Assembly: GCA_016286445.1 (NCBI GenBank)
Contig: JAEESS010000001.1
Coordinates: 35,736 to 99,735 of the forward strand
DNA: 64,000 nucleotides
Source of the DNA: Bacillota bacterium
Lineage (GTDB): Bacteria; Bacillota; Clostridia; Christensenellales; CAG-138
Direction of reading: 5' to 3'
Positions 18,223 through 28,723 of this stretch are shown here, piece by piece; positions within the stretch are counted from its first letter, which is position 1, and each line of letters starts with the position of its first letter. The position numbers were made by a program, and so were the translations under genes. The notes below the pieces were generated by a model. The model did no database searches and had not been told where the DNA came from. It saw nothing but the letters and a program-made list of their open reading frames with translations.

Positions 18223-18884
18223 GCGTTCTGATATACCGCGATGAAAAAACCGTCGGCGTATGCGCGGCGACGATCATCGCAGCACAAATCCTGACCGATT
18301 CATACTGCACGGTCGGCGTAGATTATCATGAAACGCTGCTGCCGGTCTTTGAATCCTTGTCCGCCATGACAGAAAACGGGCTGCTTGCCTGGAACGATAC
18401 AAAGGTTTATCAGCTGTTTGAGTTTCTGCCGGACGAAACCGGCGAACAGCGGATCGCAAACCTGCTCGGCAAAGCGTTGTTTGCGAAAACCGATATCAGC
18501 GAAAAGCAGTATATCGTTCCGTTCTCTTCCGACTGTCCGCCGGAGCAGACCGCGCAGCTGTTTGAAGAAGCGATCCTGAACGACGGAGGACTGGACATCG
18601 CGCTGGTTGCTGTGCGTCATGACGGCGCTTTGCTGATGAATCAGAGCGCGGACCGCGATCCTGCGGCGCATGTTGAAACGATCGACGGCGATTCCTTCCT
18701 GACGGCGGGACTCAACGTGCTGATGCAGTGCAAGCATCCGATCGTTGTCGCAACGGGGCGAAACGTTTCCGGCGCGGTGAAGGCGATGCTGAAGGGCAGC
18801 CTTTCGGAAACGCCGCTTGCGGCGCTGCGTCTCCATCCCGGAGCAACCTTTATTATAGATGAAGAAGCGGCAGATTTGCTGTGA
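18219..18884 (+). CDS. Glucosamine-6-phosphate deaminase (NagB)-like protein, degenerate active site
   Basis: Overall NagB-like layout (GGLDIALV, LRLHPGATFIIDEEAA) but catalytic motifs altered. Confidence 0.7.
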   Translation: MSVLIYRDEKTVGVCAATIIAAQILTDSYCTVGVDYHETLLPVFESLSAMTENGLLAWNDTKVYQLFEFLPDETGEQRIANLLGKALFAKTDISEKQYIVPFSSDCPPEQTAQLFEEAILNDGGLDIALVAVRHDGALLMNQSADRDPAAHVETIDGDSFLTAGLNVLMQCKHPIVVATGRNVSGAVKAMLKGSLSETPLAALRLHPGATFIIDEEAADLL

Positions 18885-18923
18885 GCTTTGTAACGATTTT
18901 GATTTGAATTAGGAGGAAAACAT

Positions 18924-19664
18924 ATGTCCGGACATTCCAAATGGGCAAACATCAAGAACAAAAAAGAAAAAACCGACGCACAAAAGGGTAAAATATTTAC
19001 GAAGATCGGTCGTGAGATCGCCATCGCCGTAAAAGAAGGCGGCGGCGCCGACCCGGCGAACAACTCCAAGCTGCGCGACGTCATCGCAAAAGCAAAAGCT
19101 GCCAACATGCCGAACGACAATATTTCCCGCTCTATCAAGAAAGCAAGCGGCGACGGCAACAGCGTAGACTATGAAGAGGTCGTATACGAAGGCTACGGTC
19201 CGGGCAACATTGCCGTGATCGTTAACGTTCTGACCGACAACCGCAACCGTATTGCGGCAGAGATGCGGCACATCTTCTCCAAGAGCGGCGGCAACATGGG
19301 CGCTTCCGGCTCCGTTGCATGGATGTTCGATAAAAAGGGCTTGCTGGTCATCGAGCGTACGGCGCTCATGGATGAGGACGAAGTCATGATGCAGGCACTC
19401 GACGCAGGCGCTGACGACTTTGTCGCGCAGGACGACGTGTTTGAGGTTTACACCTCTCCCGCAGATTTCTCTTCCGTTCGCGAGGGACTGGAAGGACTCG
19501 GTTACACGTTCCTTTCCGCGGAGATCGGTCAGATCCCGAAGAACACCACGAACATTACCGATCCGGAAACGATCGAGAAGATCGAACGGTTCCTGGAACG
19601 GATGGATGATAACGACGATGTTCAGGAAGTCTTCCACAACGGCGTTTGGGAAGAGAAAGAATAA
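18924..19664 (+). CDS. YebC/PmpR family protein
   Basis: MSGHSKWANIK, YEGYGP, LTDNRNR, DDVQEVFHN. Confidence 0.96.
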   Translation: MSGHSKWANIKNKKEKTDAQKGKIFTKIGREIAIAVKEGGGADPANNSKLRDVIAKAKAANMPNDNISRSIKKASGDGNSVDYEEVVYEGYGPGNIAVIVNVLTDNRNRIAAEMRHIFSKSGGNMGASGSVAWMFDKKGLLVIERTALMDEDEVMMQALDAGADDFVAQDDVFEVYTSPADFSSVREGLEGLGYTFLSAEIGQIPKNTTNITDPETIEKIERFLERMDDNDDVQEVFHNGVWEEKE

Positions 19665-19714
19665 TATCGGATCGCAAGCAATAAACATTAAGGAATAAAA
19701 AAGGAGGATCTATC

Positions 19715-20071
19715 ATGGCGATTTCTGTCGTGAATGAAATGGGAACCGTTTCCGTTTCGGAGGATCTGATTGCAACGATTGCCGGGTATGCCGCGGTTGA
19801 AAATTACGGCATTGTCGGAATGTGCGCAAGAAGCGCAGGCGATGCGATCGTTGAATTGTTCGGAAAAGAAAATCTGCAGAAGGGCGTTCTGGTTGAAAAG
19901 ATCGGCGAGAACGAGGTAGACATTACTCTGCATGTCGCGCTTCAGTACGGCGTCAGCCTTCCTGCGGTATCACAGAACACAAAGCAAAACGTACGGTATC
20001 GGATAGAGGATATGACCGGAGTTACTGTTCGCTGCGTGAATATCTTTGTGGAAAGTATTCGCGTTCAGTAA
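19715..20071 (+). CDS. Asp23/Gls24 family protein (YloU-like)
   Basis: IATIAGYAAVENYGIVGM; upstream of DAK2 gene as in other Firmicutes. Confidence 0.9.
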   Translation: MAISVVNEMGTVSVSEDLIATIAGYAAVENYGIVGMCARSAGDAIVELFGKENLQKGVLVEKIGENEVDITLHVALQYGVSLPAVSQNTKQNVRYRIEDMTGVTVRCVNIFVESIRVQ

Positions 20072-20094
20072 GCGGATTTCGGAGGGTTTGAGCA

Positions 20095-21750
20095 TTGAAC
20101 ATACTGAGCATCAAAGGCTCGCTGCTGCGTGATTTGTTTCTCGGCGGCGCTGCCAATCTTGAAAAAAACAAAGCGTATATTGATTCGCTGAACGTATTTC
20201 CCGTTCCGGACGGCGACACCGGAACCAATATGTCCATGACCATGCAGGGCGCGGTAAAGGACCTTCGCGCCATGCCGGACTCCGTTACGGTTGGCGAAGT
20301 CATGGATGCGGTCGCGCTCGGTGCGCTGAAAAACGCACGCGGCAATTCGGGCGTTATCCTTTCGCAGCTTTTCCGCGGGTACCAGCAGGTCTGCAAGGGA
20401 CAAACGGAAATCGATATCACAATGCTTGCGGAAGCGCTTGAAACAGGCACCAATAAAGCATATAAAGCTGTTCTTCGTCCGAAGGAAGGCACGATTCTGA
20501 CCGTTTCGCGCATGATTTCCCAGGATGCGATCGCATTCATCAAAAAGAAACCGAACGTCTCCCTTGAAGACTTTATGGATCATATCCTGACGGTCGGACA
20601 AGAAGCGCTTGACAATACGCCGAACCTTCTTCCTGTTCTCAAGGAGGCAGGCGTGGTCGACAGCGGCGGATACGGACTTTTGACCGTATATCGCGGCTTC
20701 AAAGCGGTTTTGATGGGCGAAGAGCTTCCGGACGTTGAAGAAGAGCCCGAAGCGGAACCGATGGACGTCCAGGAAGAAGGTGCAAATCTCGATCATTTCT
20801 CCACGGAAGACATCGAGTTCGGATACTGCACGGAATTCTTTATCGTGCGGTTGATCGACAGCTTTTCCGAGGATGATCTGCAGAAGCTGCGCGATCATCT
20901 TCTGAAGGTCGGCGATTCCGTCGTCGTTGCTGCCGGAGACGATTTTGTCAAGGTACATGTGCATTCGAACTGCCCCGGCAAGATCCTGCAGTTTGCGATG
21001 CGGTACGGCGAACTGGATCGCATGAAAATCGAAAACATGCGTGAACAGAACCGTCAGCTGTTAGAACAGAAAAAGCGCAACGAAAAGGAATACGGGCTCA
21101 TTGCGGTCAGCGCAGGCGACGGGATCGACGAAATTTTCCGCAACTTCTCGGTGGACCGTATTATTTCCGGCGGACAGACCATGAACCCGAGCATCGATAC
21201 GATCGTCAATGCCGTCGGACAGTGCAACGCGAGAAACGTGTTTGTTCTGCCGAACAACTCCAACATCATTCTTGCGGCGCAGCAGGCGCAGAATCTGTGC
21301 TCCTGCAATGTCATCGTCCTGCCGACCAAGACGATCCCGCAGGGCATCGCGGCGGCGATGGCGTTCAATCCGGATCTTTCACTCGATGAAAACCGGGAAA
21401 ATATGCAGGACGCGGTGAATGAGATCGTTTCCGGCGCCGTTACCTATGCGATCCGCGAAACGCATTATAACGGCAATGACATCAAGGAAGGCGACATGAT
21501 CGGGCTTGTCGATAACGATATTGCCGCTGTTTCTGCAAGCGTGAACGAAACCGTCGAGAAGATCATCTGCAAGATGATCGAGAAACGCGGTATCGAGGAT
21601 CCGATCGTGAATCTGTATTTCGGCGATGCAGTCGAAGAGGATGACGCGATCGCGCTTTCGGAGCATCTGCAGGAGCAGTTTGAAGACGCGGAGTTCATCG
21701 TTGCGAGAGGCGGACAGCCGCTGTACTACTATTATCTTTCTGTTGAATGA
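20095..21750 (+). CDS. DAK2-domain fatty acid kinase subunit (FakA/YloV family)
   Basis: LNVFPVPDGDTGTNM, ARGNSGVILSQ, PKEGTILTV, GYCTEF, GGQTMNPS, GGQPLYYY. Confidence 0.95.
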   Translation: MNILSIKGSLLRDLFLGGAANLEKNKAYIDSLNVFPVPDGDTGTNMSMTMQGAVKDLRAMPDSVTVGEVMDAVALGALKNARGNSGVILSQLFRGYQQVCKGQTEIDITMLAEALETGTNKAYKAVLRPKEGTILTVSRMISQDAIAFIKKKPNVSLEDFMDHILTVGQEALDNTPNLLPVLKEAGVVDSGGYGLLTVYRGFKAVLMGEELPDVEEEPEAEPMDVQEEGANLDHFSTEDIEFGYCTEFFIVRLIDSFSEDDLQKLRDHLLKVGDSVVVAAGDDFVKVHVHSNCPGKILQFAMRYGELDRMKIENMREQNRQLLEQKKRNEKEYGLIAVSAGDGIDEIFRNFSVDRIISGGQTMNPSIDTIVNAVGQCNARNVFVLPNNSNIILAAQQAQNLCSCNVIVLPTKTIPQGIAAAMAFNPDLSLDENRENMQDAVNEIVSGAVTYAIRETHYNGNDIKEGDMIGLVDNDIAAVSASVNETVEKIICKMIEKRGIEDPIVNLYFGDAVEEDDAIALSEHLQEQFEDAEFIVARGGQPLYYYYLSVE

Positions 21751-21757
21751 CGGATAC

Positions 21758-21781
21758 AAGCCGCCGGATGGCGGCTTTTTT
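21758..21781 (+). terminator. Intrinsic terminator directly before recG start
   Basis: AAGCCGCC-ggat-GGCGGCTT then T run; ATG at 21784. Confidence 0.75.
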
Positions 21782-21783
21782 GT

Positions 21784-23769
21784 ATGGAATTGATTGACCT
21801 GAAGGGCGTCGGCCCCAAACGCGCCGCTCTGTTTTCGGAACTCGGCATACGAACGCCGGAAGACCTTCTGACGTTTTATCCGCGGGAATATCTTGATTAT
21901 TCCGCAATCACGCCGATCGCAAACGCCGAAGACGGAGAACGCGTTTCCATCCGTGTAACAGCACAGGCAGATCCAACCGTGTACTATTTCAAGGGGAAAT
22001 ACATGGTTTCGATTCGTGTTGCCGATGCAAGCGGGAAAGCATCTCTTAAATGGATCAATCAGCCGTATCGCGCCAATCAGTTTCACGCCGGCGACGTCAT
22101 TTATGCAAATGCCATCGCATCCAAAAAGCACGGTACCGTTTTCTATAATCCGCAAATCAGTCGAGCTGAAGCCGGAATCATTCCCGTCTACGAATCCGTA
22201 AAAGGATTGACGCAGCCGCTCATCCGTGAATCGGTCAAGGAAATCCTGCAGCGCTGTACCGTACCGGAAACGCTTCCGGAAGAGTGGATCGAGCGATATC
22301 GGCTGATCCCGTTTGACGAAGCGTTGCGCGAAGTCCATTTTCCGTCGTCTGCGGATCTGCTGAATCAGGCGAAGCGCAGGATTTCCTTTGAAGAGGCTTT
22401 TCTGTATTTTACGGCGATCCGTGCTTCTAAAGCCGATCGGAACATGAAAAACGGGTTCGCATTCCGCACGGATAACCTGCTTGAAAGCTTTTTGTCAACC
22501 GTTCCGTTCGCACCGACGGACGCTCAACTTCGCACGATGCACGAGATCGAATCCGATATGCGATCCGACCGTTCCATGAATCGCCTCATCCAGGGAGACG
22601 TCGGAAGCGGCAAAACGCTCGTTGCGGAATATGCGCTGTTCATTGCCGAACAAAACGGCAGACAGGGCGTTATGCTTGCGCCGACGGAGCTGCTTGCGGA
22701 ACAGCATTTTCGGACCATGCGAAGACGTTTCCCGGATGCATGCCTGTATGTCGGCGGCATGCCCGCAAAAGAAAAAAAGCATGCGCTGGAACGCATTGCA
22801 AGCGGAGAAGCCAAAATTGTGATCGGCACGCATGCGCTGCTGTCCGATACGGTCCGATTCCGTCATCTCGGGCTGGTCGTGACCGATGAACAGCATCGTT
22901 TCGGCGTTATGCAGCGTGCGAAAATCGAAATGAAAGGCATGAGACCGGACGTCCTTGTCATGTCTGCGACGCCGATCCCGCGGACGCTTGCGCTCTTGCT
23001 GTATGCGGATCTGGATTTGTCCATCATCGACAGATTGCCGCCGGGAAGACAGCCGATCAAAACGCATTACGTTCCCCAGACAAAACGAAACGACCTATAC
23101 CGACATCTTGCGGAGAATGCAAAAAACGGCGAACGTGCCTATGTTGTCTGTCCGCTGATCGAGCCAACGGAAGGGTATGAGGGACTTTCTCTTCAGGAAC
23201 TGCATGAGGAACTCAAAACGCGGCTGCAGGATACGCTGATCGGGATCCTGCACGGGCAGATGTCGGACGCAGAGAAACAACATGCTATGGAAGCGTTTCG
23301 GAACGGATCGGTTCCGATCCTGATTTCAACGACTGTCGTGGAGGTCGGCGTTGACGTGCCGGAGGCGACGTCCATGGTGATCGAAGGCGCCGATCATTTC
23401 GGGCTTGCGACGCTGCATCAGCTGCGCGGAAGAGTGGGCAGGGGAGATCGGCAGTCGCACTGCTATTTGCTTGCAAAAAAGATGACCGAACACGCAAAAC
23501 AAAGGATCGAGGCAATGCTGGAGAGCACCGACGGTTTTGCGATTGCGCAGATGGACCTGGAAATGCGCGGAAGCGGAGACTTGTTCGGCGTTCGTCAGAG
23601 CGGAGACAGCGAAATGAACGGGATCCTTTCCAGCTGCACCGTTGAAATCATCGAAGCGGCGTCCTCGGCGGCGAACGACGTATTTACGCTGCCGACGCTG
23701 CAGTACAACACGCTTCTGGAAAAAGCAAGGGAGCGGTATCGCACGTTGAATCAGGTTGCGCACAATTGA
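21784..23769 (+). CDS. recG: ATP-dependent DNA helicase RecG
   Basis: MNRLIQGDVGSGKT, APTELLAEQH, DEQHRFG, MSATPIPRTL, LHQLRGRVGRG. Confidence 0.97.
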   Translation: MELIDLKGVGPKRAALFSELGIRTPEDLLTFYPREYLDYSAITPIANAEDGERVSIRVTAQADPTVYYFKGKYMVSIRVADASGKASLKWINQPYRANQFHAGDVIYANAIASKKHGTVFYNPQISRAEAGIIPVYESVKGLTQPLIRESVKEILQRCTVPETLPEEWIERYRLIPFDEALREVHFPSSADLLNQAKRRISFEEAFLYFTAIRASKADRNMKNGFAFRTDNLLESFLSTVPFAPTDAQLRTMHEIESDMRSDRSMNRLIQGDVGSGKTLVAEYALFIAEQNGRQGVMLAPTELLAEQHFRTMRRRFPDACLYVGGMPAKEKKHALERIASGEAKIVIGTHALLSDTVRFRHLGLVVTDEQHRFGVMQRAKIEMKGMRPDVLVMSATPIPRTLALLLYADLDLSIIDRLPPGRQPIKTHYVPQTKRNDLYRHLAENAKNGERAYVVCPLIEPTEGYEGLSLQELHEELKTRLQDTLIGILHGQMSDAEKQHAMEAFRNGSVPILISTTVVEVGVDVPEATSMVIEGADHFGLATLHQLRGRVGRGDRQSHCYLLAKKMTEHAKQRIEAMLESTDGFAIAQMDLEMRGSGDLFGVRQSGDSEMNGILSSCTVEIIEAASSAANDVFTLPTLQYNTLLEKARERYRTLNQVAHN

Positions 23770-23813
23770 TAAAATCGCCGGGATCGGCGATTTTATCTGC
23801 TTGCTTTTTTGTT

Positions 23814-24026
23814 TTATCTCATCATGGACGAGGACCCGTTCATGTTGTTCTGCGCGTACGAGATCATACGCTTGACCATCTCGCCGCCGACCGAACCCGC
23901 TTCGCGCGAGGTCAGATCGCCGTTGTAGCCCTGTTTCAGATCCACATTCAGGGAGTTGGCAACTTCATACTTGAAATTCTGAAGCGCCTGCTTGCTTTCG
24001 GGAACCAATGCTCCGTTTCTGCTCAT
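23814..24026 (-). CDS. Alpha/beta-type small acid-soluble spore protein
   Basis: KYEVANSL..GDLTSREAGSVGGEMVKRMI. Confidence 0.95.
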   Translation of the reverse strand: MSRNGALVPESKQALQNFKYEVANSLNVDLKQGYNGDLTSREAGSVGGEMVKRMISYAQNNMNGSSSMMR

Positions 24027-24044
24027 GGTTTGTTCTCCTTTCGT

Positions 24045-24242
24045 TTAGTGAAGATTCTTTTCCGCGTACGAAATCATACGCTTGACCATTTCACCGCCGA
24101 TGCTGCCCGCTTCGCGCGAGGTCAGATCGCCGTTATAACCCGGCTTCAGATCGATATTCAAAGAGGATGCTACTTCGCTCTTGAAAGACTGCAGCTTGCT
24201 CTTGGAATCGGAAGACGTATTGTTATTGCTGTTGCGTGCCAT
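24045..24242 (-). CDS. Alpha/beta-type small acid-soluble spore protein (tandem paralog)
   Basis: KSEVASSL..GDLTSREAGSIGGEMVKRMI; GGAGGTG RBS. Confidence 0.95.
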   Translation of the reverse strand: MARNSNNNTSSDSKSKLQSFKSEVASSLNIDLKPGYNGDLTSREAGSIGGEMVKRMISYAEKNLH

Positions 24243-24394
24243 GTATTTCACCTCCTGTCAGCTTTGATGCTCTTAATTTCTGCAAAGTTCGCAGAATTAT
24301 GAACGGAAAAATCTGTATCTGCGATTCGGAAATCTTGCTTGATTGATGATTCGATGTGTAGTATAATAGATTGAAAATTTATGGAGAATTTAAG

Positions 24395-25804
24395 ATGAAC
24401 AACACGAATTTTGTATCGGAATCGGAGCTTTCGAGACAGAGAGACATGGCATTGACACTTGCGAAAGAGATCGTTCCGCGAAAACTGACATTTTTTGTGG
24501 AAACATTCGGCTGTCAGATGAACGTTCGTGACAGCGAGACGATCAAGGGCTGGCTTTCGCTGATCGGATATACGCAATGCGAAAGCAAGGAGCATGCGGA
24601 TTTTGTTTTGTTCAATACCTGCTGTGTCCGCGAACACGCGGAAAAGCGGCTGATGGGCAATATCGGCGCACTGAAGGAGCTGAAAGACGCAAACCCGGGA
24701 CTGATCATTGCAATCTGCGGCTGCATGATGCAGCAGGAAGGAATGGCAAAAAAGCTTCTGAAGCGATTTCCGCACGTCAGCCTGATTTTCGGAACAAATG
24801 CGCTGCATCGTTTTCCGGAAATGCTGAATGCCGTTCTGAACGGTGAGCGAATTGCGATGACGGATCGCGCCGGCGACGCGATCGCGGAGGGGCTTCCGAA
24901 ACTGCGCGACAATCAGCGCAGCGCGTTTGTCAATATCATGTACGGATGCGACAATTACTGCTCCTACTGCATCGTGCCGTATGTTCGCGGACATGAGCGT
25001 TCCCGCATGCCGGAGGATATCCGATCCGAAATCGTTTCGCTCGTCGAAACGGGCATTACGGAGATCACACTGCTCGGACAGAATGTCAATTCTTACGGAA
25101 ACGACGGATCAACGGGCATGCGGTTCGCAGAGCTTTTGCGCTATGTATCGGACGTACCGGGATTGAAGCGGATCCGGTTTATGTCGTCCCATCCGAAGGA
25201 TCTGAACGAGGACGTCATGCAGGCGATTGCGACGCTTCCGAATGTCTGCCATCATGTGCATCTTCCGGTACAGTCCGGCAATAGCGAGATTCTGCGTCGG
25301 ATGAACCGGAAATACACGCGCGAGCATTATCTGTCCATCATAGAGAATCTTCGGAAGCTGGTTCCGGACATTGAATTTACGACGGACATTATCGTGGGAT
25401 TTCCCGGTGAAACGGAAGAAGCGTTTCGGGATACGCTTTCCTTGGTCGAGGAGGTCGGTTTTGCGGCGGCATTCACGTTTGCATATTCTCCGAGACAGGG
25501 AACGGTCGCAGCAAGGATGGAGGATCAGATCCCGGAGCCGGTCAAAAAACAGCGGCTGCAGGCGCTGAACGAACTGCAGGCGCGAAAAACGGTTGAGAAT
25601 AACGAAAAATACATCGGACATGTCGGAGAGGTGCTTGTAGAAGGATACGACGAGCGCGGGGAAGAAACGCTGCTGTACGGAAAATACCAGAATTTCAAAA
25701 TGGTGTATTTCCCGGGATGCAGGGAGCTTCTCAACCGATATGTCACGGTAAAAGTCACAAAGTCCAGCAAAAATTCATTATTGGGAGAAATGATCGATGC
25801 ATGA
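24395..25804 (+). CDS. miaB: tRNA-2-methylthio-N6-dimethylallyladenosine synthase
   Basis: TFGCQMN, NTCCVRE, GCDNYCSYCIVP radical SAM motif, TRAM domain. Confidence 0.96.
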   Translation: MNNTNFVSESELSRQRDMALTLAKEIVPRKLTFFVETFGCQMNVRDSETIKGWLSLIGYTQCESKEHADFVLFNTCCVREHAEKRLMGNIGALKELKDANPGLIIAICGCMMQQEGMAKKLLKRFPHVSLIFGTNALHRFPEMLNAVLNGERIAMTDRAGDAIAEGLPKLRDNQRSAFVNIMYGCDNYCSYCIVPYVRGHERSRMPEDIRSEIVSLVETGITEITLLGQNVNSYGNDGSTGMRFAELLRYVSDVPGLKRIRFMSSHPKDLNEDVMQAIATLPNVCHHVHLPVQSGNSEILRRMNRKYTREHYLSIIENLRKLVPDIEFTTDIIVGFPGETEEAFRDTLSLVEEVGFAAAFTFAYSPRQGTVAARMEDQIPEPVKKQRLQALNELQARKTVENNEKYIGHVGEVLVEGYDERGEETLLYGKYQNFKMVYFPGCRELLNRYVTVKVTKSSKNSLLGEMIDA

Positions 25805-26129
25805 ATTGAAAACCTATTTGGAACTGAGCGAAAAGGTCAAGGCGGACAAAGCCTTGATGGAACTGATCGATGCATATCAGTCCGAAACTAAACAACTGAT
25901 GGATCTTCTGCAGAATCCCGATTATGACGCGCAGGAAGCGATCCGCTTGACCAACGACGTAGAGTATATGTCGGGGCAGATCTCTGCAAACAAGCTCTAC
26001 CGTGAATTTATCGGCGCAAAGGATGCGCTCGACAAGGCGCTTCGCGAGAAAGTGATCATGTCCATGCCTTGCGACTGCAACTGCAGCACATGCAAACAGG
26101 AATGTGAATCCCGGGAGGATCATCAATGA
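25797..26129 (+). CDS. YlbF/YmcA (RicAFT-type) regulator
   Basis: Helical 110 aa protein between miaB and mutS with C-terminal CDCNCSTC. Confidence 0.7.
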   Translation: MHELKTYLELSEKVKADKALMELIDAYQSETKQLMDLLQNPDYDAQEAIRLTNDVEYMSGQISANKLYREFIGAKDALDKALREKVIMSMPCDCNCSTCKQECESREDHQ

Positions 26130-28720
26130 ACGAATTGACGCCGATGATGCGCCAATATATGGAAGTGAAGCAGCAGTATCCGGACTGCTTCCTGTTCTAC
26201 CGTCTCGGCGATTTTTACGAGATGTTCTTTGACGACGCTGTTGAAGGGTCAAAGATCCTCGAACTGACGCTGACGGGACGCGACTGCGGATTGGAGGAAC
26301 GCGCGCCGATGTGCGGCGTTCCGTATCATGCGGTCGATACCTATGTCAATAAAATGATCTCGCTCGGTCACAAGGTTGCAATCTGCGAACAGATGGAAGA
26401 TCCTGCGCTCGCAAAGGGACTTGTGACGCGATCGGTCACGCGCGTGATTACGCCCGGTACCGTGATCGAGGAGAAGATGCTCGACGGGGCAAAGAACAAC
26501 TATATCTTTTCGCTGAACTTTGCGCCGAACGGGATCGGATACGCATATTCGGATATTTCGACGGGGATTTTTTACGCATGCGAGCTGTACGGCTCGAACG
26601 CGCAGACAAGCCTGTTTGACGAACTGACGCGACTTTCTCCGTCGGAGATCATTGCGAACGAACTGCTGTACGAGCAGGATTATCTGTGCAAAAGGATCCG
26701 TTCCGGATATTATCTCGAAAAGCTTCCGAACGTGCGGTTCCATCCGGAACAGGCGGAAACGCGTCTCAAAAAGCACTTTTCGGTTGCGTCCTTGAAAGGG
26801 TATGGGCTTGAAGGAAAAACGCTTGCGATCGGCGCGGCGGGAGCGCTGCTTTCATATCTTGAAGAAACGCAGAAAAACGCGCTTTCCCATATCCATTCGA
26901 TCCGGCTTCTGAATCGATCGGAATACATGCAGCTGGATGCATCCACACGAAGAAATCTGGAGCTGACCCAGCCGCTGCAGTTCAACGGAAGCAGAAAGAG
27001 CACGCTTCTGTATCTGCTCGATGCAACGAAGACCAGCATGGGCGCGCGTATGCTGCGAAACTGGATCGACTGCCCGCTGCAGACGAAGAACAGCATCGTT
27101 TATCGCTTGAACGCGGTCGACACGTTTGTGCGCGATCTGCGTACGCGGAAGATGCTCGGCGAATATCTCGGCTCGGTCTACGATATTGAGCGTCTGACGA
27201 GCAAGATCGCATACGGAACGATCAACGGACGCGACTGTATCGCATTGATGAACTCGCTTCGCCAGATCACGCCGATTACGATGCTTTTGTGCGGCATCCC
27301 GACAGAGGCGATCGATACGATTGTCAACGAGCTCGATCCTATGGACGACGTGATCGGCCTCATTGACGCAGCGATCGATCCGAATCCGCCCGTCAACATC
27401 AAGGACGGCGGATTGATCCGCAAAGGATACAACGCCGAAGTCGATGAGCTGAGAGCTATTTCCGGGGACAGTCAGGGGATGCTGGAAAGCGTCGCGGCAC
27501 GCGAACGGGAAGCGACGGGAATCAAAACGCTGCGCATCGGGTATAACCGCGTTTTCGGCTATTATATCGAGGTAACGAAATCCCTGACGGCAAACGTTCC
27601 GTACTACTATGAACGCAAACAGACGCTTGCGAATGCCGAGCGCTATGTGACGCCGGAGCTCAAAGAACTCGAAAAGAAGATCCTAAGCGCTACGGATCGG
27701 CTTCTGGAGTTGGAAACCGAGTTGTTCCGCGGCGTTCGCGAAGCGCTGCTCGCCTGTACGGAACGTCTTCAGAAGAACGCCGTTCTGCTTGCGCGGCTGG
27801 ACGTTTTCCGTTCGCTTGCCGAAATCGCAGTATCCAACCGTTATGTCATGCCGAAGATAGCGGACACATCGATCATTCGTATCGTCAACGGACGTCATCC
27901 GATTGTGGAGCGTACGATGAAGAACGGATTCATTCCGAACGACGTGAACCTCGATCTCGACAAAAACCGTCTGCTGATCGTAACCGGTCCGAATATGGCA
28001 GGGAAATCGACGTACATGCGCCAGGTCGCGCTGATCACGCTGATGGCGCACATCGGCTCGTTTGTGCCTGCGGATGAAGCGGAGATCGGTATTGTGGATC
28101 GGATCTTTACGCGCATCGGGGCAAGCGACGATCTTTCTTCCGGACAAAGCACGTTCATGGTCGAAATGAGCGAGATGGCGAACATCATCAACAACGCCAC
28201 AAAAGACAGCCTTTTGATCCTGGATGAGATCGGACGCGGCACGAGCACGTTTGACGGGCTGTCTATCGCATGGGCAGTGCTTGAGCACATTGCCAATCCG
28301 ATCCTTTGCGGCGCAAAAACGCTGTTTGCGACGCATTATCACGAGCTTACCGAGCTCGAAGGCAAGCTTGAAGGTGTGGTCAATTACCGCATCACAGTCA
28401 AGGAGATCGGCGACGACGTGCTGTTCCTGCGAAAAATCGTCAAGGGATCGGCGGACAAGAGCTTTGGCATTCAGGTAGCTAAGCTTGCCGGACTTCCGGA
28501 ATCGGTGATCGGACGCGCAAAAGAGATTCTCGGAGAGCTGGAGCAATCGGATTTGCTTGTTCGCGATACAAAAGAGCCGGCGGCGTCGCAGACGTCTCCG
28601 GAATCCAAAGTCGAGCGGTCGATTCTGAATGACCTTAAAAAGCTTGATCTTGAGCATATGACGCCTATCGAAGCATTTATGAAGCTGCACTCCTATACGG
28701 ATGCACTGAAAGGAGAATGA
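26126..28720 (+). CDS. mutS: DNA mismatch repair protein MutS
   Basis: TPMMRQY, GDFYEMF, TGPNMAGKSTYMRQ, DEIGRGTST, FATHYHEL. Confidence 0.98.
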   Translation: MNELTPMMRQYMEVKQQYPDCFLFYRLGDFYEMFFDDAVEGSKILELTLTGRDCGLEERAPMCGVPYHAVDTYVNKMISLGHKVAICEQMEDPALAKGLVTRSVTRVITPGTVIEEKMLDGAKNNYIFSLNFAPNGIGYAYSDISTGIFYACELYGSNAQTSLFDELTRLSPSEIIANELLYEQDYLCKRIRSGYYLEKLPNVRFHPEQAETRLKKHFSVASLKGYGLEGKTLAIGAAGALLSYLEETQKNALSHIHSIRLLNRSEYMQLDASTRRNLELTQPLQFNGSRKSTLLYLLDATKTSMGARMLRNWIDCPLQTKNSIVYRLNAVDTFVRDLRTRKMLGEYLGSVYDIERLTSKIAYGTINGRDCIALMNSLRQITPITMLLCGIPTEAIDTIVNELDPMDDVIGLIDAAIDPNPPVNIKDGGLIRKGYNAEVDELRAISGDSQGMLESVAAREREATGIKTLRIGYNRVFGYYIEVTKSLTANVPYYYERKQTLANAERYVTPELKELEKKILSATDRLLELETELFRGVREALLACTERLQKNAVLLARLDVFRSLAEIAVSNRYVMPKIADTSIIRIVNGRHPIVERTMKNGFIPNDVNLDLDKNRLLIVTGPNMAGKSTYMRQVALITLMAHIGSFVPADEAEIGIVDRIFTRIGASDDLSSGQSTFMVEMSEMANIINNATKDSLLILDEIGRGTSTFDGLSIAWAVLEHIANPILCGAKTLFATHYHELTELEGKLEGVVNYRITVKEIGDDVLFLRKIVKGSADKSFGIQVAKLAGLPESVIGRAKEILGELEQSDLLVRDTKEPAASQTSPESKVERSILNDLKKLDLEHMTPIEAFMKLHSYTDALKGE

Positions 28721-28723
28721 TCC

